This document shows positions 1 through 12,893 of a stretch of 64,000 nt of DNA, piece by piece. The first letter of the stretch is position 1; each line of letters begins with the position of its first letter. The notes beneath the pieces were generated by a model. The model searched no databases and had not been told where the DNA came from. It was given only the letters and a program-made list of their open reading frames with translations. This DNA is from Octopus sinensis (taxonomy: Eukaryota). The translations under genes and the position numbers were made by a program. Location: the NCBI RefSeq assembly GCF_006345805.1, contig NC_042999.1, forward strand, positions 110,918,001-110,982,000, given 5' to 3'.

Positions 1-185
1 ACTAAATCCCTCTTTACCTAGCATTGAGGTTCTTGTCTGTGACTGATTTTATATATACAAAGGACTCACAAATATATACACACACACACATATAGACAGA
101 GATAGATATATACACATATACATATAAGTATATATATATATATATACACTCACACACACACACATACATATATATATTGTATATA

Positions 186-350
186 GGTGCAGCAGTGGCT
201 GTATGATAAGTAGCTTGCTTACGAACTACATGGTTCTGGGTTCAGTCCCACTGCATGGCACCTTAGGCAAGAGTCTTCTACTACAGCCTTGGGCTGACCA
301 AAGCCTTGTGAGTGGATTTAGTAGACGGAAACTGAAAGAAGCCCATCATA
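186..350 (+). mobile_element. SINE family A, 5' half (tRNA-like head)
   Basis: Head gtggctgtatgataagtagcttgc...ggttcagtcccactgcatggc...gacggaaactgaaagaagccc aligns to the full copies at 12894 and 27359; carries A-box- and B-box-like motifs. Confidence 0.85.
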
Positions 351-829
351 TAGATATATATACATATATATATATTGTTTTATTTAGGAATGGTCATTTT
401 GCCAGTTTAGCCAATAAAAACACATGCACTATATATTTGGTGTTATTTTGCTTCAGTGTTATTTATTTTTTACATTAATCTTAATCTTATTTCGGCCAGA
501 GTTCTTTCGTCAAACTCCTGTGACCGCATCAGTGGTCCTTTGTTTTCTTCTTTCTTATTTGTGTCTCTCTTTACTCACCGTCAGCCATTTTGTATTTCTA
601 TTGTATGTCTTCATTTGCACATGCTTATATCTCTATGTGCATCTATGTTTATTTAGTGTGTGTGTGTGGGGGGGATGCCTGTAATATTTGTATCTTCTGT
701 TTATATATGTTCATGTAATTTGTTTTTGTTGTTGTTGTTTTTGTTTATTCTTATTTTGTTCATGTGTTTACATCCAAATATTATTATTATCATTACGTAT
801 GCTTGTATGTATGTATAACAACAATACTA

Positions 830-862
<33 letters not shown>

Positions 863-918
863 TTTATTGGCTAAACTGGCAAAATGACCATTCCGAAATA
901 TAACAATATATAAACGTA

Positions 919-973
<55 letters not shown>

Positions 974-980
974 AATCTCT

Positions 981-1215
981 CACCAGATCATCCTACATGC
1001 ATCCGCTTGATGCAGAAGCTGTAGGCTGGAAAAGGCCCCATGACAGGCCACATACAAGATGGCTGTACATAATTAAGAAAGACCTTCAGAGGCTCAACAT
1101 CCTCTTGGAGGATGCAGATGGTCTAGCACAGGATTACCAGTGATGGAGGGCACCAGTGGACCTGGTCATCTCTAAACATGATTGATGATGCATCTGAGAC
1201 CCCTAACTTGGAATT
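981..1215 (+). mobile_element. RTE-type LINE ORF2 C-terminal remnant
   Basis: Hand translation PLDAEAVGWKRPHDRPHTRWLYIIKKDLQRLNILLEDADGLAQDYQ*WRA resembles the RTE C-terminal KRPRGRP..RW.D....DL...........AQDR..WR pattern. Confidence 0.7.
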
Positions 1216-1289
1216 ATCATCAGCAAGACCATGAGTGAGAGAGTTTGATATTTGTATCCAATGAATCCACTGGTGTATTACCTATATTT

Positions 1290-1620
1290 AATCATGAGCA
1301 TTAGTGTTAATGCTCGTAAGTGATAGGTAAAGACAAGAATAAACTAAGGTTTACCAATATTCAAGGTAAGCAGAAAATGGATACAAGATTGATGAATAAT
1401 AATTGATTTACATCAATTATCATTTATTAATTAATTACAAAAAGACAGAATCTCAACTTACAGCTGTTTCGGTTAGCCTGATTCCCAGGCTTAACCATAA
1501 TAATAATTATTATTATCATTGTAAGTAATTAATTATACCAACTTGAATCAGGGAACTTCATCAGAGTGGTAAAGTAAATAAAATAAGGTTTGTGATTCAA
1601 ATCTTCTACTTTCCTTATAC
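1290..1620 (-). mobile_element. Penelope-like terminal-repeat remnant with hammerhead-ribozyme core
   Basis: Minus strand reads CTGATGA...GAAAC-AGCT-GTA (1456-1567); a related copy lies at 55070-55150. Boundaries approximate. Confidence 0.5.
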
Positions 1621-1626
1621 ATACAT

Positions 1627-1657
<31 letters not shown>

Positions 1658-1677
1658 AATATATATATATATAAATA

Positions 1678-1728
<51 letters not shown>

Positions 1729-1736
1729 ATATATAT

Positions 1737-1790
<54 letters not shown>

Positions 1791-2390
1791 ATATATATAT
1801 GGCCACAGTATTTGGGATGAAACTGAAATGCATAAGTGAATATATACACATACACTCATGTATGCAGTTGCTAACGTTGCACACATCATTTCCTTTTCCT
1901 TGCTTATATAGATACCGTTTTTAATTATTTTGTTGTCATTACTAATGTTAAGGTAACACCCAAATGAACTATCTGTTGTGACAGTTTCAGACAAAACAAA
2001 ACCAAAAAAAAAAAAATATAAAAGAGTAAACAACAATGTAAAGACAAACTGCTGAAACTAAAGGAACTCAATGAAAGAAAAAAATTATTCATGGAAAGAA
2101 AGGCACAAACAACATAAAAACAATGTAAAAACAAAATAAAATAAGTAAATTAATTGAACAAATTAGATTAGATAAATAGATATATAAAAAAACAGCATGA
2201 GAAGAAATGAAAAAAATTTACAGGAAATTTGGAGAATTTCATTTTTTATTTAAGTTCTGCACAAGAATACATATACATTCCTCTCATACTCTTCAACTTA
2301 TTTTCATTCTTTGTCTTCTTTCTCCTTTTCTTTATGCATGCATACATACATGCATACATACATGCATTCATATATGTGGGTTCATGTGCG

Positions 2391-2430
<40 letters not shown>

Positions 2431-2769
2431 GTGTGTATGTATCTTTATATACATGCACATATATATTAGTATGAAGATATATATTCACACATATATACAT
2501 ACATTCACACACAGACACACACACATACACATATATGCAAATGTACTCTCTCTCTCTCTCTCTTTCACACACACACACACATTCACATACAATGTTGCAA
2601 TAAAATTGCAAAGGACAAGAACCTCCTTCTTATGACAAATTATGGCAGCAGAGAGGACAAATGATGACATTGATGATGATGAGGTGAATGGGGTGAGTAA
2701 TAAGATGGTATCAGGTATCTGTTGCCTATAGACTGAATATATACTCACGTATACAAATATAAATATCAA

Positions 2770-2771
2770 GC

Positions 2772-2804
<33 letters not shown>

Positions 2805-2858
2805 TATATACATACATATATACATATATATATATGTATATATATATGTATATATGTA

Positions 2859-2889
<31 letters not shown>

Positions 2890-2928
2890 TATATATATAT
2901 ATACATATACATATTTATACATGCATAC

Positions 2929-2981
<53 letters not shown>

Positions 2982-3023
2982 CATACATATATACATATAT
3001 GTATATATATATGTATATATGTA

Positions 3024-3063
<40 letters not shown>

Positions 3064-3088
3064 CATATACATATTTATACATGCATAC

Positions 3089-3151
<63 letters not shown>

Positions 3152-3175
3152 CATACATATATATATATACACACA
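2770..3175. repeat. Compound microsatellite with a higher-order unit of roughly 170-180 bp repeated 2-3 times
   Basis: Block (TA)n-(CA)n-(TA)n-gtatc(TC)n-(TA)n-catatacatatttatacatgcatac recurs. Confidence 0.8.
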
Positions 3176-3493
3176 TCTAAATTTAAATCTATTTGCTTAT
3201 AATACATACTTACAAACATGCATATACATGCACACGCACACACACACACACTCACATATTTAAATTTATATGCATCTTATACATACATATATATGTATAT
3301 ATAGGTATGTATGTATATAATATATATATATATGTATATTTATGTATGTGTATATTTATGCACACATGTGACATACACACTCATATATATGGAAAAGTAC
3401 ACACATACATACAACAATTACACAAACTCTGGGCTGTTGGCGAAGAGGGGAGGAAAGTGTCCAAGAAAAACAGCTGCTTTAAATAATTGCAAT

Positions 3494-3518
3494 TTAAAAT
3501 CTTTCTTGATTTATTGTC
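3494..3518 (-). CDS. Candidate terminal coding exon (TINQERF*) of an unidentified minus-strand gene
   Basis: Strong acceptor cttatttttccctcttcttgacag|gacaat. Phase 2 matches the 3636-3808 exon across a 117-nt intron (AT|G = Met). Confidence 0.3.
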
Positions 3519-3635
3519 CTGTCAAGAAGAGGGAAAAATAAGTTGAGATCAAGTTGCAGAAGGTGGGAGGGTCAGTGAGCGAGGGAAGCAGGAGCGGACA
3601 TGGGGGTAGTGAGTGATCAGGGTGCTGTTTCTTAC

Positions 3636-3808
3636 ATACTATTGGTGTTTTCTGTTATCTTTTGTTTGTTTACTTTTGTAGGTTTTGTTGTCAGTTGTTC
3701 TTGTTGTTGTTGTTTGTTTACTTTAGCTAACTTCTTTCTGTTTCGACCATCATTGCTACTGGCTGGTATTTGGTAATTTTTCTGGTATATAGGGTCTGAG
3801 ATATGTGA
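3636..3808 (-). CDS. Candidate internal coding exon of an unidentified gene (SHISDPIYQKNYQIPASSNDGRNRKKLAKVNKQQQQEQLTTKPTKVNKQKITENTNS)
   Basis: Acceptor tttgttattttcttttag|tcac and donor agtat|gtaaga; 173 nt open in only one of three frames. No family recognised. Confidence 0.45.
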
Positions 3809-3876
3809 CTAAAAGAAAATAACAAAGTGCGCATGTAGAATAAAGAAACACAAATCATAGTGTTTCAGTGACGTGA

Positions 3877-3908
<32 letters not shown>

Positions 3909-4446
3909 CTCTGTGTGTGTGTCTGTGTGTGTGTGTGCAAAGGCATGTGTATGTACAGATATTATGCTATATGCATGTGTACATGCATATGTACATGTAT
4001 ACACAGAGGTTGTTGGGCCTCAGAAATTGGATGATGATGGACTTCGATGAGTGCAGAGATGTGCTGAAACTGACCCATGCAGTCTTTGTTATCATGGATA
4101 AGAAAACATAAAAACGATAATGATGTACATATGCATGTATATACATGTGTGTGTGAGTGTATGCATATGTGTGTATGTATGTATATGTACACATGCAGAC
4201 ATGCACACACACATACATTCCCAAACGACACTTATTTTAGTGCTGTTGACACTGCCGGATTGAATGGTACTGCACAGGTGTCAAAACCATAATGATATCT
4301 GTGGGACCAGCTGATGATGGAGGTATGTTGGATTGTTGGTATGGCTGTTTTTGTATATGTGAAATAGTATTATAACGCTTCCTTTTGATACATATATCTT
4401 TTATTATATATATATATATATATATATGTGTGTATATATATATTCA

Positions 4447-4858
4447 TGAGGGTCAGCAGAAAGTTCATAGGACAACCAAGATACTCTTGTGGAATGTGAC
4501 CAAAAGAAGTTTATTTTCCAACATAGTCCCTCTTGCATTTCATTTCCACAAACTTTTTCCATAGGTGTTGCTGTGCTTGGATCTCATTGTCAAAAATGCT
4601 TTCATCTTGTTGGTAAAAAAAATTCATCAACAGCAAATATGACATCATAATCACTGTGATACTGGGTCCCAGCCAAGTGTTTTTTCGAGTTGGAGGACAG
4701 ATGATATAGTGAGATAGAGCCAAATCAAGAGAATGGGGATGCTGATCAACCATTGAAACCAAGGATTTGTGTGCTTGAGCACTGCTCTGATGAAACAAGA
4801 CCCCTTTCATCAGTTTTCTTCAGGTCTTGATAACCTTTCATAACTGCCTCAACACATT
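4447..4858 (-). mobile_element. Mariner transposase 3' remnant with one terminal end
   Basis: ORF 4511-4810 contains VLFHQSSAQAH and HPHSLDLALSHY, degenerate forms of HDNAPAH and HPPYSPDLAPSDY. A TIR-like atgagggtcagcagaaagttc lies at 4446. Confidence 0.7.
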
Positions 4859-6764
4859 CAAGAAAACAGAGAGAGAGAGGGAAAGAGAGAGAGGGAGAGA
4901 GAAACAGACAGACAGAGACAGAGAAGCAAAGAGAAAGAGGGAAAGAGACAGACAAATTTGTGTATGATCCAGAATGAGAGGGTAAGTAGGGAAAACAGAA
5001 ATAACTGGAAGTATAAACAGACGTTTAAAGAAAGAAAAATTGAGTAATATGTAGACAGATTGAGGTGATGTGAAGAAATAATAATGAGAGTGAATGAAAA
5101 TATTGAAAGAAACTGAGTGAGAATGTAAAGAAGTTTAGAACCAACTTTTCAAAAAACAAAACAAAAACAACCCAGAAAAATCACCAAATACCAGTTGGTT
5201 TGTCAGTCAAACAGGCAAAGACCTTTTCAGTCAAAAAGAAACTTCTCAGCATTAAACTGCGCATAGAAGATTATCATGAGAATGCCCATGGAAAACAAAA
5301 AGAAAACATTGTTGAGTGATAGCAAGAAACATGAAAAAGCAGAAGCATCCCTTCAGGTAAAAAGTATAAAATTAACTGAAAGAAGACAAGTTGAAACACA
5401 AGAAAATGGAAGGAAAACATTGTGGATTACTGTAAGTTTGCAGAAATAAACCTTGTCATTTTTGATAGGTGAATAATGAAATTGTAATGAATCTAATTTA
5501 CATGCTTGATATTCACAACTGTATGTTTTCCTCTCATTATTCCTCATTGTCCATTGCCTTTCCACTTACCATTAATGCATCCAATCCATTTTCCACCTTA
5601 AAGGATTTATCTTTCACCTGTAATGTATACTCTATCTTATTTATTCCCTCTCTTTTTCTCTCCCTCTCACAGTCTTTCACTTATTTTCTCTTTCCTTCTC
5701 ATCCACATACCAGCATCTTGTGCCTTCTCCTCTTATACTACTCCTCTTATGTTACTCTGTTGTTCTTTCTCCTTGCAAACTTCAAACTAATTACACATTC
5801 CAGTCTTTCTCAAGTCGTATTTTGACAAAATTGATAAATTTCTACTTTGTTTTCCACTAACATCCTTCTAGTTGAAACACATTATCCTTTTTATATTCAT
5901 TCATAAGTCTTAAAGCCCTCTGAAAAAATGCACTTTAAACTGAGGATTCCCAACTTTTTACATTCTTTTTACTCTCTGGCAACTTTTAAGTGTCACTTTG
6001 TTTCAGTCAGTAACTTAAGTTTATACTTTTACAATAATAAAACAACTGTCAAAGAGGAAACTTGAAGTACTATTTTTAAACATTTATAAATTAAAATAAT
6101 AATAACAATAATAATAATAGCATTATTTTACTTATTTCTGCACTAACAATGAACAGATACCAGAATTATATACAATCTTCTGAACTAGAAGACTCCATTA
6201 GCAACAACACAGTAATTAAGATGTATATAACACAGAATGTTAAATCCAATGTGGTAGAAAGAAAAATATTAGTATTTTTTCACAAAATAAGCCTACATCA
6301 AATTTTTCTTTTAAACTTTAAAATTATAATTAAAAATAAATAATGTACAAATCCAGAATGAACACATTTACACCCAGGAGATAAACTTACCCAGTTTAGG
6401 AACAGCAATTCAATATAGTTGCATACCTTAACTGCAATTTAATATAGGTTACATACCATTAAATTTGTAAAATTAAAAATCCATTACTTTTGTCAGAATA
6501 GTTGCAGCACCGAACAATCTTATGACACTTGTAATTCACTCTTTGTACCAAAAAACCTTCTTGTAGTGTACAGAGTCTCTCTCTCATTGGTTCCATGTGG
6601 CAAACACTAAGTCGGACCATAGTGAGTTATTGTTATTGTTGTGATTGTGACTTTTCTCCTTCAGTTCACTTCTTTTGAAGGAGGACATCTAGAATTAAAC
6701 TATTATTGTTAAGAGAATCTCAGTTACCCCATGAAGAAGTAAAAGCAAAGATACATAAAGACAT

Positions 6765-6960
6765 ATCATCATCATCATCATCATCATCACCATCATCATC
6801 CACTTCCCATGCTTGCTTAGGTTGTATGGATTGTCACAATCTGAATCAGATCTTAACCGAAGTTACTGCCATCACAGACCATGTTTCATACATTCAGTTT
6901 TTGGATGGGTTTCTGTAATTTGATACACCAAGGGTGTATAGGAACACTACTACTAAAATG
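6765..6960 (-). mobile_element. Degenerate SINE family D-like copy ((GAT)n tail)
   Basis: (CAT)n followed by ccacttcccatgcttgcttaggttg resembles the reverse complement of the tail at 33975-34025. Confidence 0.4.
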
Positions 6961-7044
6961 GTTGTTATCTCATCAACAAGACAAAAGGATCCTTTCAACT
7001 CTCTGCTGTCTTTGTTTAATCATCAACTACATTTTACAGGCCAG

Positions 7045-7222
7045 TGTCATGTTTAAATCACCCAACACACATTGTAAAGTGGTTGGCATTAGGAAGGACA
7101 TCCAGTCGTAGAAAACAAGCCAAATCACACTGGAACCTAGTGCAGCTCCCAGTTTGCTAGCCCTTGTCAAACCGTCTGACCCATGCCAACATGGAAAACA
7201 GACCTTAAAGGACAATGATGGA
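7045..7222 (+). mobile_element. SINE family D 3' part
   Basis: gtggttggcattaggaaggacatccag...acccatgccaacatggaaaacagacc...aatgatg matches 33870-34025. Confidence 0.8.
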
Positions 7223-7601
7223 AATGATTTTCAGTGTTTCAGTAATTTTAAATTTATATCAATGGATACAATTCTTAAACACAGCCACATCACCAGTCTC
7301 TTTCAATTCTGTTATTTTTTTTTCTACATCTGGAAGAACACTGAAACATTATTCAGTATTGTCCATCACCTGTTAATATGATATTGTAAAATTCGAGGGA
7401 GATTTGGTTGCCGCTTCTAAGAGACAGAGCAATTGTAAGTGTAAAGTATCCTTTACTTCTGGAAATTTAAACTTAACCTCTGCAATGCAATATCATTGTA
7501 AATATTTCAGATAACACTGCTGAAGACATTGAAGTATTTTACCTAAATGCTTTTCTAAAAATATTACCAGTAAACGTTTCATTCTAGTTGTCAAACAGGT
7601 G

Positions 7602-7633
<32 letters not shown>

Positions 7634-7940
7634 TGTATGTATGTATGTATGTATGTATGTATGTATGTATGTATGTATGTATGCATGTATATATGTATGT
7701 ATGTATATATACATATATATATACATATATATATATACATATATATGCAATATATGCCATATATGTTATATCTATTTATATAGCTGTATATATATATATA
7801 TAGCATATATAGCATAATATATATTTGTATGTTTGTGTGTGTATATATATATATATATATATACATATATACATAAATATATCAATATAGATATGTGTGT
7901 ATGTCTGTGTGTGTACATATATATATATGTCATCATCATC

Positions 7941-7989
7941 ATATGTATATACATATGTATATATGTATGGATAAATATATATATATATC

Positions 7990-8021
<32 letters not shown>

Positions 8022-8052
8022 TACATATATATATACATATATATATACATAT

Positions 8053-8139
<87 letters not shown>

Positions 8140-8399
8140 ACATATATATATCATATTCATCTCCATTTTTCTTATTATGAACATGCCTATATGTTGTTTC
8201 GTTTTTCCCTGTTGTATTTTTTCACAAACAAGAATTCCTTGTATCCTTTCTTTTTTTTTATATGTATATATACATATATATATACATATATATATATACA
8301 TATGTATATATGTATGGATAAATATATATATATATCCATACATATATACATATATATATATATAGATATACATATACATGTTCATATACATATACATAC

Positions 8400-8465
<66 letters not shown>

Positions 8466-8592
8466 ATGTTACATATATATCATATTCATCTCCATTTTTC
8501 TTATTATGAACATGCCTATATGTTGTTTCGTTTTTCCCTGTTGTATTTTTTCACAAACAAGAATTCCTTGTATCCTTTCTTTTTTTTTTATA
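7941..8592. repeat. Direct tandem duplication, two units of ~325 bp
   Basis: The ~120-bp unique core (catattcatctccattttcttattatgaacatgcc...gtatcctttc) appears identical at ~8152 and ~8481, each flanked by the same (TA)n blocks. Confidence 0.9.
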
Positions 8593-8727
8593 AGGAAACA
8601 CTTAACCCTTACAAATGAATAAAGAAATAAATAAAGAAATAATTTCACTTCTTTATTAAAACAACCAAAGCTAAAAATGTCTTATTGAAACCTGCTCTCA
8701 CGCCCAACCATCGGAATAGCAATAGTA

Positions 8728-8759
<32 letters not shown>

Positions 8760-9077
8760 AACAATAATAATAATAATGATAATAATATTAAGAACAAGAA
8801 GAAGGAGAAGTAGGAGGAAGGGTAGAAGAAGAAGGGGAAGGAGAAGGAGAGCCACAACAATAGTGATTAAAATGATGGCAAAGATGATGATGATGATGAT
8901 GATGATGGTGGTGGTAGTGATTACAATAACAATAGGTAAAAGGGGGGAAACAAATGCGTAAAGAATAAGAATCAATATCTAAAAAGCTTCACAAAGTTAA
9001 GATTCGTTTATTTATTTATTTAATATCTTCCTCGATTGATTTCTTTTCCCGTTCTGTTTACTTCTTTAAATACATAT

Positions 9078-10160
9078 TATTTAGCATCATCATCATCATC
9101 ATCATCGTCATCATCATCATCGTTGTCATTGTCATTGCCATCATAAGCATCATCATAATCATCATCATCACTATCAGCATCACCATTACCGTTATCATCA
9201 TCATCATGAATGTCATTGTCGTCACTCATTGTCACTGTCCTCCACCTCTTCTCATCATCATCATCACTATCAGCATCACCATTACCATCATCATCATCAT
9301 CATCATCATCATCACTATCAGCATCACCATTACTGTCATGATGATGATGATGATTGTCATTGTCGTCACTGTCCTCCACCTCTTCTCACCATCATCATCA
9401 TCATCACTGTCAGCACCACCATTACCATTATCATCACCATCGCCATCATCATCATCATCATGATTGTCATTGTCATCACTCATTGTCACTGTCGTCCACC
9501 TCTTCTCATCATCATCATCACCATCACTATCATCATCATCGTTATCGTTATCATCAACTCCATCATCATCATCCTCATCATCATCATCGTCAGCAGCAGC
9601 AGCATCATTAGCTTCTAATTATCATTGCCCTTGCGGTTACCAACCACCAGCATTACCATCTTCAGTGATAATTGCAGCCATGGTCAAAATACTTGTCCTT
9701 ATATCACCATCACCATCATCATCATTGTTCTTTTTCATCACCATTATCATCACTATCATCTTTTTGTCATTGTTATTGTCGACACCATCATCATTATCAT
9801 CACTACCATCATTGCCATAATCATGATCACCATGCTGTCGATGATGACACCAATGTTAGATGATGGAGATTATGATCACGACAATGGCTACCACCACCGC
9901 CACCACTATCATTACCATCATCGTCACCATGATCATGATCACCATCACCATCGTCGTCACTGTCATCATCATCATAACCACCACCACCACCACCATAACC
10001 ACTAACATGACCATGACCATCACTATCACCACCACCACTGCTAATACCGCCAACACCAACACTGCCACCACCGTCACCACTACCACCCCTAACACTACCA
10101 CAACCACTAACACCGCCACCACTGGTAGCAGCAACAACAACGGCAGCTGCAGCAGCATGC
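9078..10160. repeat. (CAT/CAC)n cryptic-simplicity tract with internal ~110-140-bp repeats
   Basis: gtcattgtcgtcact...gtcctccacctcttctcatc recurs near 9210, 9355 and 9465. Confidence 0.85.
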
Positions 10161-10931
10161 AATGCTTTTGTTTTCAACTGTTGTTGTTAGGAGATGTATC
10201 AAATGTTTTCCTTTGTTCGTCTTACTTCCACCCATCCACCCATGCCAATCCAACGCAATTTGTTGCTTCTGTTGTCAACAAATATTTTTTCTATTCATTC
10301 TTCCATGACCCTAATAAATAAATAAATAAATAATTACTTTTGCTATTTCTCTGTGCATTAGGAAAGAAGGGAGAAGGTAGGGGAAGGTGGGGGGGCAGCG
10401 AAATGATGATTTTGTTGTTGACGGCATTTTCTTACATTTATTTTGTTTTATTCCAAACCACAAATTAATCCCACCCCACAGCACCACTCTATTCTAGCCT
10501 TCTATTTTCTTTGCGAAACACACCACCCCCAATCTACAATACAACCAGTTTTCAATACATTTTCAGTACGTTTCATTTCTCATAAGAAAACAATTTCAAG
10601 GAAGTTCCCTTCCTTTCATACGTTCCTTAGAATATGTATAAAATATGAGATCTGTTCCTTCTTAATATTGATGATGCTGTTGTTGTCGTTAGTGGTGGTG
10701 GTGGTGTTGATGGTGTTAGTGGCAATGGTTGTGTTGTTTGTGGTATTGTGGATCACACATTGTTGGTTTTTAAAACATTTTGTTAGTCTTGTCTACATGC
10801 AAAACCCTCACAACAACACACACTCACTCACGTACAAATACACACATACATTGTTTTGTCCTCTGCTGTCCATAATGTTTTTCTTAATGTAAACTCCTTG
10901 TAGTTAATAAAGAAATCATTATTTTTTTATT

Positions 10932-12337
10932 AAGGTGGCGAGCTGGCAGAATCATTAGCACACTGGGTAAAATGCTGAGCAGTATTTCATTCATCTTCAT
11001 GTTCTGAGTTCAACTTCTGTTGAGGACAGCTTTGCCTTTCATCCTTTTGGGGTCGATAAATTAAGTACCAGTGAAAAATTGGGTTGATGTAGTTGACTAG
11101 TCCCCTTCCCCAAATTTCAGGCCTTGTCTCTATAGTAGAAAGGATTATTATTATTAAGACAGTGAGCTGGAAGAATCCTTAGCACGCTGGATGAAGTGTT
11201 TAGTGGTATTTCGTCTGCGACTGTGTTCTGAGTTCAAATTCTGCCAAGGTTGACTTTGCCTTTCATCATTTCGGGGTCAATAAAATTAGTACCAATTATG
11301 TACTGGGGTCAATGTAATCGACTCATCCTCTCCTCCAAAATGGCTGCCCTTGTGGCAAAATTTGAAATCATTACAATTATTATTATTATTATTATCATTA
11401 TTATTATTATTATTATTATTATTAAGGCAGTGAGCTGGCAGAATCGTTAGCATGCCAGGCAAAATGCTTAGCGGTATTTTGTCTGTCGCTACATTCAGGG
11501 TTCAAATTGCACTGAGGTCAATAAATTAAATACCAGTTGAATACTGGGGTTGATATAATCAACTAGTCTCCCCTCACCCAAATTTCAGGCCTTGTGCCAT
11601 CAGTAGAAAGGATTATTATTATTATTATTATATTATTATTATTATTATTAAAAAGGCGGTGAGGTGGCAGAATCATTAGTGTGCTGGATGAAATGTTTAG
11701 CAGTATTCTGCCCTTCGCTATGTTCTGAGTACAAATTCTGCCAAGGTCAACTTTGCCTTTCATCCTTTCAGGGTTGATAAAATGAATAAATTAACTACCA
11801 GTGTTTCACTGGGGTTGATCAGCATCTCAAAAGAGTCCGGAAGCTGGCTACCCGCATGGTTCTTGGTCTCAAGAATTTGTCTTATGAAGAAAGGCTGAAG
11901 ACGCTCGACCTTTATTCTCTAGAAAAACGATGACGCCGTGGTGATCTCATTCTTGCTCACAACATCATGAACAGAAAGTGTAACCTCTCGAAGGAGCTGT
12001 TCTTCACTCCTGCTCCAGAGCGTCGGCTGCAGGGTCATTCTGAAAAGCTCTATCTGCGACGATTCCATCTCAATCGAAGGAGAGGGGTTTTCTCCGTCCG
12101 GGTTGCAGATCCGTGGAATAAGCTGCCGGACGAGATGGTGAAGATGCCGACGACCGCTCGGTTCAAAGACTCGCTTGACCACAAGTGGCCTGAACTCTTT
12201 ACATGAACACCGCCCTGTACATAACTACATGTCCCCCTACATGGCCTTGTTTTTTGCTTTTTGAGCCAAAAAATTAACTAACTAACTCATCCCCTCCCCC
12301 ACCATTTCAGGCCTTGTGTCTTTAGTAGAAAAGATTA
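10932..12337 (+). mobile_element. Head-to-tail cluster of four SINE family B copies (starts 10932, 11156, 11424, 11653); the fourth is split by a LINE fragment
   Basis: Repeated head aaggcggtgagctggcagaatc...gttcaaattc...aagtaccag; copies are separated by (TTA)n tails; the fourth resumes at 12288 (catcccctccccc...tttcaggccttgtg). Confidence 0.9.
11817..12287 (+). mobile_element. CR1/L2-type LINE 3' end (ORF2 C-terminus, short 3' UTR, (TAAC)n tail)
   Basis: Translates [42 protein letters not shown]...FSVRVADPWNKLP, the CR1-clade motifs LSYEERL..L.L.SLE.RR.RGDL and WN.LP; stop at 12206. Confidence 0.9.
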
Positions 12338-12352
12338 TTATTGTTATGTGAA

Positions 12353-12635
12353 GGCGCATGGCTTAGTGGTTAGGGTATTTAGCTCAAGATCGAAAGGTCA
12401 TGATTTGGATACCCGGTGGCACACTGTGTCCTTGAGTAAGATACTTTATTTCACATCCTTCCAGTCCACTCAGCTGGCAAAAATGAGTAGTACCTGTATT
12501 TCAAAGGGGCTGGCTTTTTCACATTCTGTGTCAGGGTGAATCTCTTTGTACAAATATCTGCGAAATACTCAACCACTTGCATGTTAATTTAACAAGCAGA
12601 CTGTTCCATTGATTGGATTAACTGCAACCTTTGTA
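12353..12635 (+). mobile_element. SINE family C (tRNA-derived head plus central conserved domain)
   Basis: tggcttagtggttagg A-box; tccttgagtaagatactttatttcac...ccactcagctggcaaaaat; homologous to 47985-48301. Confidence 0.85.
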
Positions 12636-12699
12636 CTAAAGGAATACCAGTTTAATGCTCTTCATGTTGATGCTACTGTTGTCATTGTTGTTAATATTA

Positions 12700-12850
12700 A
12701 GCTACAGGTAAACCCTGATTGAGCAGACTGTTGTTCCAGCCATGACTATCCCAACTCTTTATGTACTGGGGACACTACTTCCATTATCCAATGTATTTTT
12801 CACTCTATTAGAGTATAGAATATGATTTTGTTACTACTTTTAGCAGCTCC
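12700..12850 (+). repeat. Unclassified interspersed repeat (family E); other copies at ~13340-13510 (+), ~19920-20340 (-), ~35085-35220 (+)
   Basis: Shared motif agccctga..agcagac...ttccagccatgaccatccca; degenerate, boundaries approximate. Confidence 0.45.
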
Positions 12851-12893
12851 ATCCTCGTGGACATTCGATAATATAATACTTTTGTCAGTAGGA

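Noticed and set aside
4241-4322. Plus-strand exon with good splice sites
   Set aside because: Stops in all three frames; at best non-coding, and unsupported.
9077-10321. His-, Asp-, Ser- and Thr-rich ORFs
   Set aside because: Open in many frames on both strands because of (CAT)n; no domain or credible splice structure.
10932-12337. CRISPR-like repeat array
   Set aside because: Units are ~200-bp SINEs in a eukaryotic context; no short repeat-spacer structure or cas genes.
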